64,000 nucleotides of DNA from the IMG/VR virus record IMGVR_UViG_3300017917_003016, positions 64,001 to 128,000 of that record. One strand, given 5' to 3'. The notes under the pieces are model-generated. The model searched no databases. It saw only the letters and a list, made by a program, of their open reading frames with translations, and was not told where the DNA came from. A program made the position numbers and the translations under genes. This DNA comes from a virus (Duplodnaviria; Caudoviricetes). This document shows, one piece after another, positions 1 through 9,600 of this stretch (position 1 is the stretch's first letter; each line of letters starts with the position of its first letter).

Positions 1-2
1 CA

Positions 3-707
3 TGGCAGTCCAGAATAACCGAATATACTATTAACTATCTTGTGGCCTGGGGCGAGGCCAATGACTTTGCAATCTGCGACGGTGTTAGGTCACTGATGAA
101 TATAATTGATGCCTGTGGACAAACTTCCTACGAAATAAAATTAGTCACTACAGACCAAGGTTTTGCCATTACCAATGCAGCCAAATCTTTAGTTGACTAC
201 GTCGACAATCACATCGGTGGATTTGCACACGACAACGTGATAAAACTAGTTGATCATGCGGGGCTCTTGGGTTACACCGTAGACGACAGTATACTCGCGC
301 AAGTGCCCGGCTTTCTGACTCAGATTGGCCCAAACCACTCAACACACCTATCGCCCACTAGCGAGAATTTTGAAAGAATTTTAGACTATGCCAAACTTAC
401 CAATAGGTATCCTATTTGCATTTATGAACCGGGTGCTATCGGAGTTAACAGCACCATAGATCTAAGTCAATTTAGCGAACAAGACATTCTTCGTTTTGAC
501 CACAACGGTAAAACTAAGACTAGAAATTACAACCTTAGTGACGTTAAAATTGTACATGCAAAAAAGATTCCATCGCACTGGAACTTTTCAGTTCCCTTGC
601 TAGTGACCACAGTAGAAATGATGTATGGTGGTCGTAGAGTTGACTGGACTCGCCGTGCTGAAAGAATAATTTATTTTACAAATGCAATGCTCAGGGACAC
701 TGCCTAA
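3..707 (+). CDS. hypothetical phage protein, 5'-truncated by window edge
   Basis: Frame is open from base 3 (WQSRITEY...); stop overlaps start of the helicase gene. Confidence 0.7.
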   Translation, partial: WQSRITEYTINYLVAWGEANDFAICDGVRSLMNIIDACGQTSYEIKLVTTDQGFAITNAAKSLVDYVDNHIGGFAHDNVIKLVDHAGLLGYTVDDSILAQVPGFLTQIGPNHSTHLSPTSENFERILDYAKLTNRYPICIYEPGAIGVNSTIDLSQFSEQDILRFDHNGKTKTRNYNLSDVKIVHAKKIPSHWNFSVPLLVTTVEMMYGGRRVDWTRRAERIIYFTNAMLRDTA

Positions 708-2164
708 TGGCCACAGCAAGACTGATAATCAAAGACGAAGTTAATGTAAAGATCGAAGGCCTAGATCTAACCGAACGCAAGGAACTCAGCAACAAATTCA
801 AGTATGAAATCCCCGGTGCTCGTTATTTGCCTGCAGTGCGTCTGGGACGATGGGATGGAAAGGTAGCATTTTTTCAACTGGGCGGCAGCACGTACATTAA
901 TCTTTTACCAGAAATCATACCTTATCTAGAATCACGTGGTTATGACATAGACGTAGAAGATCTAAGAAATTATCAAACACAGTTTGCATTCAAAGAAATC
1001 AAGGAAACAAGTTATGAGAACACCACGTGGCCTGAGAAACATCCCATGGCTGGTCAGCCTATTAGGTTGCGAGATTATCAAGTTGAGATTATCAATCGTT
1101 TCTTAGAAAACCCGCAGTGCCTGCAAGAGGTAGCCACTGGTGCAGGCAAGACTTTGATCACTGCGGCTCTGAGTCACAGTTGCGAGCCACACGGTCGCAC
1201 TATTGTAATTGTGCCCAATAAGAGCCTGGTCACCCAGACCGAAGTAGACTATCGTAATCTAGGCCTGGACGTTGGTGTGTACTTTGGTGATCGTAAAGAG
1301 TATGACCACACGCACACTATCTGCACATGGCAAAGCCTTAATATCTTACTCAAAGGCTCACGCAGTCATGAAGTAGACATCACTATACAGGAGTTTATAC
1401 AAGACGTAGTCTGCGTTATAGTAGATGAAGTGCACATGGCCAAAGCAGATGCACTAAAGACCTTGTTAACAGGTGTAATGAGCCATATACCCATACGGTG
1501 GGGTCTTACTGGAACCATACCTAAAGAAAACTACGAACAGGTCAGCCTGTTGTGTTCACTAGGTCCAGTGGTTGGTAAACTCAGCGCCAGCGAACTTCAG
1601 GAGCAAGGGGTTTTGGCCAGTTGCCATGTAAATATACTACAGTTGGCAGACTTTGTAGAGTACAAGGATTATCAAAGCGAACTTCGCTATCTGTTGGAAA
1701 CAGAAGGCCGCCTAGACTATATCGCTCAATTGGTTGAGAACATAAGATCTACAGGAAATACTCTGTTGTTGGTGGATCGTATTGCACCAGGCAAGGCTTT
1801 GGTAGAAAGGATACGCGATGCGGTATTTGTTTCGGGCGGCACAAAAGCGGATGACAGAAAAGACCACTATGACGATGTGGCAACCAGTGACGACAAAGTT
1901 ATTGTTGCTACCTATGGTGTTGCTGCTGTGGGCATTAATATTCCCCGTATTTTTAATCTTGTTTTGGTTGAGCCTGGTAAGAGTTTTGTTCGCGTCATCC
2001 AATCAATTGGGCGTGGTATTCGCAAGGCGGAAGACAAAGACTTTGTTCAAATCTGGGACGTAACCAGTACCTGTAAGTTTGCCAAACGGCATCTAACCAA
2101 ACGCAAGCAATTTTATAAGGATGCCAACTATCCTTTCGCTGTTGAAAAAGTTGACTGGCAATAG
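707..2164 (+). CDS. uvsW: UvsW-like superfamily 2 DNA helicase
   Basis: Q motif RDYQ, Walker A ATGAGKT, DEVH, GLTGT, QSIGRGIR. Confidence 0.9.
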   Translation: MATARLIIKDEVNVKIEGLDLTERKELSNKFKYEIPGARYLPAVRLGRWDGKVAFFQLGGSTYINLLPEIIPYLESRGYDIDVEDLRNYQTQFAFKEIKETSYENTTWPEKHPMAGQPIRLRDYQVEIINRFLENPQCLQEVATGAGKTLITAALSHSCEPHGRTIVIVPNKSLVTQTEVDYRNLGLDVGVYFGDRKEYDHTHTICTWQSLNILLKGSRSHEVDITIQEFIQDVVCVIVDEVHMAKADALKTLLTGVMSHIPIRWGLTGTIPKENYEQVSLLCSLGPVVGKLSASELQEQGVLASCHVNILQLADFVEYKDYQSELRYLLETEGRLDYIAQLVENIRSTGNTLLLVDRIAPGKALVERIRDAVFVSGGTKADDRKDHYDDVATSDDKVIVATYGVAAVGINIPRIFNLVLVEPGKSFVRVIQSIGRGIRKAEDKDFVQIWDVTSTCKFAKRHLTKRKQFYKDANYPFAVEKVDWQ

Positions 2165-2175
2165 GAAAGATTTTA

Positions 2176-2778
2176 GTGGGCAAAACATATCAACAGACTG
2201 AATATTATCTATCCAACGATGATGGTATATTTTTAGAGATTGGTTCAACAAGAGAAGAAAACTCGTCAGAGTATTTTGCTAAAGTAGCAAAAAAACACAA
2301 TTCTAAATTTATTTCTGTAGACATTGATGCTGATTGTTCTAATAGATTTACTAGTGATATTGACGTAGAATTCTATTCAATGAGCGGATCTGAATTTGCA
2401 GAAAAAATACTCCCAACGTTGGGAGTCAAAGTCAAATGTTTGTATTTAGACAATATGGATTGGATTTGGACTCCGTTGAATCTTCCCTTGTGGATGCAAG
2501 AGCAGATAGATTGGTATAGACAAAATTTTAATATAAAGTTAACTAATTTATCTAGCCAGGCTGAACATTTAAAACAAATGATATTCATATTGCCGCATAT
2601 GGCTGAAAAAAGTGTTATAGTGTGTGATGATACTTATAAGATTCCTGAACAAACATATACTGGTAAGTGTGGAGCAGTAATTCCATTGTTGATAGATCAT
2701 GGTTATCAAATAGTCTACGAGGATGAATATCAGGCAGGACTTATTCTTAGAAATTTTAAAGTTGACAATAACGAATGA
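2176..2778 (+). CDS. putative class I SAM-dependent methyltransferase
   Basis: FLEIGS motif I-like, SVDID, LYLDNMD, VIVCDDT; AT-rich. Confidence 0.5.
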   Translation: MGKTYQQTEYYLSNDDGIFLEIGSTREENSSEYFAKVAKKHNSKFISVDIDADCSNRFTSDIDVEFYSMSGSEFAEKILPTLGVKVKCLYLDNMDWIWTPLNLPLWMQEQIDWYRQNFNIKLTNLSSQAEHLKQMIFILPHMAEKSVIVCDDTYKIPEQTYTGKCGAVIPLLIDHGYQIVYEDEYQAGLILRNFKVDNNE

Positions 2779-2892
2779 TCAATTGACCTTTTTAATTACC
2801 TAAACGCAAGGCATGCTAAAAAGAAGTCAACCATTCATGCTCTGTATACAAATACTGATGCAATATCATATAAATTACGTAGGAAATAATTA

Positions 2893-3393
2893 ATGTACAT
2901 ACTAACACTAGAAAATCGCGCATATGAAATGAATGAAATCCCAGACGAAGTTGAAGATCTTCGTTTTGCTATCTTAGACAATTCAGATCCTAAGAATCCA
3001 GACTATTTTTTTATTCCTCTGATATTTTTAGAAAGTTTTAATAGTCCGGCACTGGTCTTGAGCATAGGAGGCAACATAGTCAAAATGCCTGTAGACTGGC
3101 AGGTTCTAATTGGTGAACCTGAGTTTGGTGACTTAGAAGTAGTACCATTGACCAGCATCAATGATCGCGGGTTTTCAGCATTTACCTTTAACCCTTTAGA
3201 GAGTTTTAAGCCAGAGTTTCATCCAGTGGAAATTGTAGACATCTATCAAGATGTTAAATGGTATTTTCCTAAACTTAAACCTGGTCAGATGCTGGCAGTG
3301 CCTATTGCAGACGGGGACCAACCACTGTGTGCTTACTTTGTCAAAGACATAAGTAGACAAAGTGAAATCGTTGACTATGGGAAGATATGGTGA
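2893..3393 (+). CDS. hypothetical phage protein
   Basis: 166-aa ORF with AGGA SD, beta-rich. Confidence 0.7.
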   Translation: MYILTLENRAYEMNEIPDEVEDLRFAILDNSDPKNPDYFFIPLIFLESFNSPALVLSIGGNIVKMPVDWQVLIGEPEFGDLEVVPLTSINDRGFSAFTFNPLESFKPEFHPVEIVDIYQDVKWYFPKLKPGQMLAVPIADGDQPLCAYFVKDISRQSEIVDYGKIW

Positions 3394-3557
3394 TGACAGA
3401 TAATGAATGGTTGGCTAAGGTAAGAGTGGCCTATGCAGAGTACAGCAGGCAATATCCCAGTGCAGCCCCAGATGCAGAAATGTTTGTGCGTTGGCTGCAC
3501 CAACAGTATGGTATAATCTACAAGGAACGAGAACACAGTGGGCAGATTCAAACCTAA
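3393..3557 (+). CDS. small hypothetical protein (54 aa, MTDNEWLAKVRVAYAEY...)
   Basis: TGATG coupling to upstream stop; absent from ORF track. Confidence 0.55.
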   Translation: MTDNEWLAKVRVAYAEYSRQYPSAAPDAEMFVRWLHQQYGIIYKEREHSGQIQT

Positions 3558-3777
3558 TACCGTCTACATTTACGAACGTGTGGAAGATGTAATCTATGCT
3601 AGAGAACAGGGATCGGACGTCAGTACAAGGTTTCCAATTGGCAGAGACTTTGATGCCAATGTAAATATATCATTACGTGACTGGTATGACGTCTTGGACA
3701 AATCCAACACCAATACTACTTTACAAGACGCAGTTGCTAAATGTATAATGATATATAGATTATCCAAGGAAGAATAA
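3538..3777 (+). CDS. hypothetical protein
   Basis: GTG start, coupled operon arrangement. Confidence 0.6.
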   Translation: MGRFKPNTVYIYERVEDVIYAREQGSDVSTRFPIGRDFDANVNISLRDWYDVLDKSNTNTTLQDAVAKCIMIYRLSKEE

Positions 3778-4007
3778 TGTTTAATCCTGCACAGTTTAAA
3801 CAAAAGAAAAAGCGCAAGGTCAATCCAGATATACCTCGTCCTAATCTGTTTAGTCACGAGAAAAAACTCAAAGACCAAACAGCAGCCATGGATCGACTGC
3901 TGCAGTTGGTAGACAGTCAGCAAAGTGAGATACGAGACCTTAAAAGAAAGTATGACAACATGCAGCAGAGCATAGATCAAATTCTCAGTCTGTTGAGGCG
4001 TAGATGA
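3777..4007 (+). CDS. hypothetical coiled-coil protein
   Basis: TAATG overlap; heptad pattern in C-terminal half. Confidence 0.6.
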   Translation: MFNPAQFKQKKKRKVNPDIPRPNLFSHEKKLKDQTAAMDRLLQLVDSQQSEIRDLKRKYDNMQQSIDQILSLLRRR

Positions 4008-4471
4008 GCAACACCGATCCGCTTTACATTGGCAATGAAATGGCCGCCTACGATCGCAAGGATCGAGGCTACTATGATAAGTTTTCAGATGAGCAACGCA
4101 AGAAGTTTTCAACTTATCTGATGCTGCGCTATGGCGCCAGCGTCAATGGGTCTGCAGACCTGCAGGCCTACTACCTAATGGCCGCCAATGAGCGAGTAAA
4201 CAAGTATTTCTTTGATCTTAACAAACATCCTAAGTTACAATGGTTGTGCTGCACTACAGTGAGCCCAGGAATGGGCAAACAATACCACTATTGGCAAGGC
4301 AGCAAAAAGAGTGAAACTGATAACAAGGCAATTAAATTTTTGAGTCAGGTATTTCCTCAACTCAAAGACGATGAAATTAAATTACTAGCGGAAATCAATG
4401 ATCGACGAGATCTTACAGACCTGGCAAGAAGGCTCGGCTGGGATGACAAGCGCATCAAATCTGAGTTATAA
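4004..4471 (+). CDS. putative clamp-loader small subunit (T4 gp62-like)
   Basis: Size, helical content, HPKLQW and G-x(5)-W motifs, replication-block context. Confidence 0.5.
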   Translation: MSNTDPLYIGNEMAAYDRKDRGYYDKFSDEQRKKFSTYLMLRYGASVNGSADLQAYYLMAANERVNKYFFDLNKHPKLQWLCCTTVSPGMGKQYHYWQGSKKSETDNKAIKFLSQVFPQLKDDEIKLLAEINDRRDLTDLARRLGWDDKRIKSEL

Positions 4472-5141
4472 ATGCCGTTACTGCGGTAAAGAATTTCGCA
4501 AGGAATCAACACTTGCGGCGCATCTTTGCGAAAACAAGCGGCGGTGGCAGCAGGAAAAGGAAGTGGGCGTGCAGTTTGGTCTGCAGGCCTATCTACGTTT
4601 CTATGAAATGACACAGGGTTCAGCCAAGACCAAATCATATGCAGATTTTGTAGAAAGTCCCTACTACGCAGCCTTTGTGAAATTTGGTCGCCATATGGTT
4701 GCCATACGTGCGGTCAATCCTCGCATGTTTATCGACTGGGTAATTAACGAGAATAAGAAACTTGATCACTGGACGCACGAAAAGGTCTATACAGAATATC
4801 TACATCGCTATCTAAAAAAAGAAGCAGTACAGGATGCACTTGAACGTGCGCTAATAACCATGCAGGAGTATACAGATGAAGGAACAGGTATTGCAAGTTT
4901 TAAGGACTATTTTAGATTTGGTAACACTAATCGCGTGTGTTACCATATTGCTAACGGTAGAATTAGTCCTTGGGTTGTTTTCAATTGTGCGTCGGGGGTG
5001 GAATTTCTTGAAAGTCTCAATGATGAACAAGTTACGATTATTCTACCGTGGATAGATCCTGACTATTGGCAGCAAAAGTTTAGAGACTATGTGGCTGACA
5101 CAGAGTGGGTCAAGATGGTGTTAGGGGAAGCAGGACTATGA
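4443..5141 (+). CDS. C2H2 zinc-finger hypothetical protein
   Basis: CRYCGKEFRKESTLAAHLC near N terminus; likely start ATG 4443. Confidence 0.65.
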   Translation: MTSASNLSYKCRYCGKEFRKESTLAAHLCENKRRWQQEKEVGVQFGLQAYLRFYEMTQGSAKTKSYADFVESPYYAAFVKFGRHMVAIRAVNPRMFIDWVINENKKLDHWTHEKVYTEYLHRYLKKEAVQDALERALITMQEYTDEGTGIASFKDYFRFGNTNRVCYHIANGRISPWVVFNCASGVEFLESLNDEQVTIILPWIDPDYWQQKFRDYVADTEWVKMVLGEAGL

Positions 5142-5728
5142 AATTTTCTTCAGACATTGACATTGACTTTGCTGACAGAGATCAAGTATTGTCTCTGTTG
5201 GATGTAATCCCTGCAGGCATCATCCGCGATGAACAGTTGACTCGCCACAACACTGGTGTCTATGCCACAGACATACCGCAGGATCCATTTACGGGCACTG
5301 CTGCTTTGGATTATCGTGTGGCTGAACAAAGAGGATATGTCAAATTAGATTTTCTCAATGTGCATGTCTATCGACAGGTACGCGATGAGCAGCATTTAAT
5401 TGAACTCATGCGAGAACCTGATTGGACTAAGTTATATGATCCTGCAGTATGTCAGCAGTTGATTCACATCAACGGGCACTATGATACTCTGCTGAAAATG
5501 CCTGAGCCAGTGGATAGTATTCCTCGCTTGGCTATGTTTTTGGCTGTGATACGCCCTGCTAAACGTCATCTAATAGGTCGCACTTGGCGTGAAGTTGCTG
5601 ACTCCATATGGGATCGACCCGCTGATGACAGTTACTATTTTAAAAAATCACACTCGGTGAGTTATGCACAACTGGTAGTGGTGCACCTTAACTTACTTTG
5701 CGAACAAGAGTTATTGAACGGCGCTTAG
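5138..5728 (+). CDS. compact DNA polymerase III alpha (DnaE/family C) catalytic-core protein
   Basis: SDIDIDF, RHNTGVY and KLDFLNV match DnaE PDIDxDF, HAxGV and KxDFLGL motifs. Confidence 0.7.
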   Translation: MKFSSDIDIDFADRDQVLSLLDVIPAGIIRDEQLTRHNTGVYATDIPQDPFTGTAALDYRVAEQRGYVKLDFLNVHVYRQVRDEQHLIELMREPDWTKLYDPAVCQQLIHINGHYDTLLKMPEPVDSIPRLAMFLAVIRPAKRHLIGRTWREVADSIWDRPADDSYYFKKSHSVSYAQLVVVHLNLLCEQELLNGA

Positions 5729-6095
5729 ACCGTTTGCTGGCAATTTCTTTGAGACTCACATAAGGTCCGTGGTGTATGGCCACATCCTTGCTGTTGAATG
5801 TCTTAAGACACACTCTAAACTCAATCCAATCCTGCTTTAAAAACACATTGATAGGCACTAGCCTATTGCTTTCCCACCACCATTGATCGGCTAATTCTAG
5901 ATATTTGGTCTTTTGATCCATGGTCCTCAGAGCAGCATAATCATAGATTGTGGTTATCAGTTCGTCTGAGTTTTGAATAATGCCTATGTAGTCGTTACCG
6001 CCGTAGGTAATGTAACTGATAAAAGGGTATTCATTAAGCAAACGCCTGATATGGTCTTCCATAGGATTTCGATAAATACTTCTATTAGGATCCAA
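5688..6095 (-). CDS. hypothetical phage protein
   Basis: 135-aa ORF; true start may be the internal Met (MEDHIRR). Confidence 0.6.
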   Translation of the reverse strand: MDPNRSIYRNPMEDHIRRLLNEYPFISYITYGGNDYIGIIQNSDELITTIYDYAALRTMDQKTKYLELADQWWWESNRLVPINVFLKQDWIEFRVCLKTFNSKDVAIHHGPYVSLKEIASKRSKRRSITLVRKVS

Positions 6096-6100
6096 CTAAA

Positions 6101-6601
6101 TTGACTACAGTAATTACAAGTTATTTATATGATCAAGTGATCAATGTACAACTATTAGACCAGGACCCTACTGTCACCACAAGGTATAGAACCGTGTACA
6201 ACAGACCTATCATAATTTATCAGGGCATAGACAATCCACTAAAAATTGTCATCAAAAATCAAGATCAAAAACCAGTAAATTTATATGGTTATGATGTACA
6301 ACTGGACATACAGGATCCCGTGATTCAAAACGCAGTGGTCAGCATTTCCTGTGACTGGGCTAATGCCAATGTAGGCATAGCCACTGTGACCATAGACAAA
6401 AATACAGTCAATGCACTTGATCAACGTATCTACAAGGCCACACTCAAAAGAATTGAACTCGTAACCAACCAAGAACGTCCCTTGTTTATGGATGACAACT
6501 TTACCGTACAGTTAGATCTAGATGTACAACCGGGATGGTACGAAAGCGCAGCACAAACGCCGCTGCCAGACTTTATCATTGACGGCGGAGAAATACAATA
6601 A
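6101..6601 (+). CDS. virion structural protein, BppU-like beta-sandwich
   Basis: IYQGIDNPLKIVIKNQDQKPVNL pattern; directly upstream of fibre genes. Confidence 0.5.
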   Translation: MTTVITSYLYDQVINVQLLDQDPTVTTRYRTVYNRPIIIYQGIDNPLKIVIKNQDQKPVNLYGYDVQLDIQDPVIQNAVVSISCDWANANVGIATVTIDKNTVNALDQRIYKATLKRIELVTNQERPLFMDDNFTVQLDLDVQPGWYESAAQTPLPDFIIDGGEIQ

Positions 6602-9600
6602 TGACCGACCAAATCAGACAATTTATACTCAAGCGCGGCAACACTGCTGTTAGCCAAAACTACACAGGACCCATAGGTGAAATAACTTATGATACTGATC
6701 TCAAGACAGTGCGTGTACACGATGGGGTCACACCTGGTGGTAATATTATTGTTGGTGGTAATGTATTTTCGGTCCTGAGTTCAGAAATCTATGTCATACA
6801 ATCTAATGTAGCCAACCTACAGGCCAATGTTTCAGCACTGCAGGGCAATGCTGCGAATCAACAGACTGAGATCAATAATTTGTTTGCCAATGCTCTAGCA
6901 CAGCAGACTCAGATCAATACTTTGATCGACAACACTAATTTTGGTAATTTGTCGATCAACGATCAGACTATCTCTGGATTGATTTCAGACCGAGACATCA
7001 CACTAGCACCCACAGGCAATGCTTTGGTTACGGTGCCTGGTTTAAAAATCCCAGTGGGATCAGTGATTCAAGGTGTCAGTAATATTGTAGCAGTGATTAC
7101 TAACCTGACCTTAGACAGTGTAGTAGACACTTCAACAGGGCCCGGCGACAATCTCAACATAGGTGACTATGGATTGACTAATGGTATACCGCACCCATGG
7201 ACTGTGTATAAATTTACCACTACACCTAGTCCTATACTGCAGGTCAACGATGTGATCACAGGTGCAGGCATCCCCTTTAACAGCAACGTACAGTTTGTGG
7301 GTTCGGGTCTTTACAGTCAAGACGTCATAGTCAACACCAGTATCTATGGTAATGTATATCCCCCCAACGGTACCACAGTGTTTACCACACGTGCTGTGGT
7401 CAATGCTGGACTGGCCATTACCACACAGGCCAACACTGATATTACTCTTAATCCCGGTGTCAGTGGTAACATTGTACCAGCATCAAGTCTGATCCCCTTG
7501 GTACACAACGTCTATAACCTAGGCACTCCTACCAAACGCTTTAAAGAACTATGGTTGGGCGCAGGTACTATCTATGTGCTCGATGAAACTCTGGGCATTG
7601 ACTTGTCAATTGGCGCACGTGATGGTAACCTATACGTGGGCGGTGCAGCCGGGCTGACTGTGGGCAAGTTTACTCTAACAGGCAACACCATCGCACTAGA
7701 GAATCCCACAGAAGATTTCAGAATTGGTACAAATCTAGCCACTGGTAATTTGATCATCAATCGACCAGTAGTCATTAACAATCCTCTTTATCCCAGTTTT
7801 GAGTATCCAGCATTTTCAGTTGATCGCAACGGTCTGGTTGAAATTAATCCTCCAGGTAACTGGGATATCACTCGTGCAGCACTGAATATTGTTGGTACAT
7901 CAAGTGGTAATCAACTACCGCGTAATTTTGGCAACACCATGTTGAATATAGTTGGACAAGACAATAGTCCAACTCGTATATCTGCTGATGCACATGGCGT
8001 TACTGGAAGTCAAAATGCCTATGTGTCCATAGCAGCACGTGCTACTCGCGGCACTGTAGATGCACCATCACAGACCTTGGCCGGTGATACCATGCTGCGT
8101 TTGACCAATCAAGGTTGGACCTCCGGTGGAGCATTTGCATCCAGTATACTGCGTTTGAATTTTGAAGCCGCTGAAAACTTTACTCCGGTGGCCACTGGTA
8201 CACGCATGACTGTGCAGACCACCCCTGTGGGCAGCAATGTCATACAAACCACAGCCACGTTCTACTCTAACGGTCTACACCTATTTGGTAACACTGTAAC
8301 CACTGCTTACTATTTTGCTGATGGGTCGGCACAGTATACCGCAGCCAATATCCTAGCAATTAATGCTAGTGTCGCTGCAGTAAATGCCAATGTTGTACTA
8401 GCCAACACTACTATGAAGTCATATGTAGATGGGCAGATTCTGGCTGCTAACGCTGGAGTAACAGCAGCCAATCTAGCCATGAAAGGCTATGTAGATGGCA
8501 CTGCAGTGACTACCATTAATGGTGGCACCGGCATCGGTGTTAGTCGTGTTAACGGCACAGTGACTGTGAATGCCACAGGTGTTGCTAACGTGTTTGGCAC
8601 TGCCAATCAGGTCATTGTCACAGATGCTGGCAGTAAGAATCTAACTCTGAGTCTGCCACAGAGCATTGCTACTAATTCAAGTCCAACGTTTAGTAACCTA
8701 ACAGTGACTAACCTAACAGTCACAGGCAACTTGGCCTACACACAAACAGGTACGCTCACTGGCAAGAACATTTATCTTGCCAACAACTCAACCAACAGTA
8801 GCCAAATTGACGGCGGTGGTTTCTATCTGGGCAATATACAACAGGCCTACTATAGAAGTTTCTTGTACAACCTAAACAGCAATGCATGGGATACCAATGG
8901 CGCTGGGCTGATCACACAGAATTTAATAGCCACGGATGCAAACTTTAATGGAAACGTTTTTTCCAATGGTTCAGCACATTTCGGTGCGCTAGCGATGACC
9001 ATTAATTTCCCAAATGCTGCTATTCAAGTTGATGAAAATCTCAACAGTTATGCACAGGTAGTAACAATGAACCACAACAATGGTTCAGATGCCAGCACAG
9101 ACTACGTAGCAGTTAACGACATTGGAAATGATAGCAGTAACTATATTGACATGGGTATCAACTCAAGTACCTACACCGGCGCTGCATTAGGTTGGACTGT
9201 GTCAGGACCCAATGCTGGTTACTTGGTTGTCTATGGTAATGCACAGTTACCTCCAAACGGCAACTTGACCTTGGGCACCGCCACACCCAGCACACACATT
9301 GACTTCCATACCAGCGGCACCACTGCTGCCAACATACGTCTAACAATCAACGACAATGGATTGGTCATACCTGGTAACGTCAATGTCACAGGTAATATCC
9401 TGGCTAACAATGCTACAGTTAACAATCTTACAGTAACTACCCTTACAGCCACCACAGTCACCGGTAATATCAACTATGCTAACATCTACAACGCTCCTGT
9501 AAATCTAAGTCAGTTTAACAATGACACTAGTTTTGCCAACACTACCTATGTTACCAACAGCGTTAACACAGCCAATCTTGCGCTAAAAGGCTATGTAGAT

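Noticed and set aside
2893-3393. Hint/intein-like domain
   Set aside because: Beta-rich pattern only; no N-terminal Cys/Ser, TxxH or terminal HN motif.
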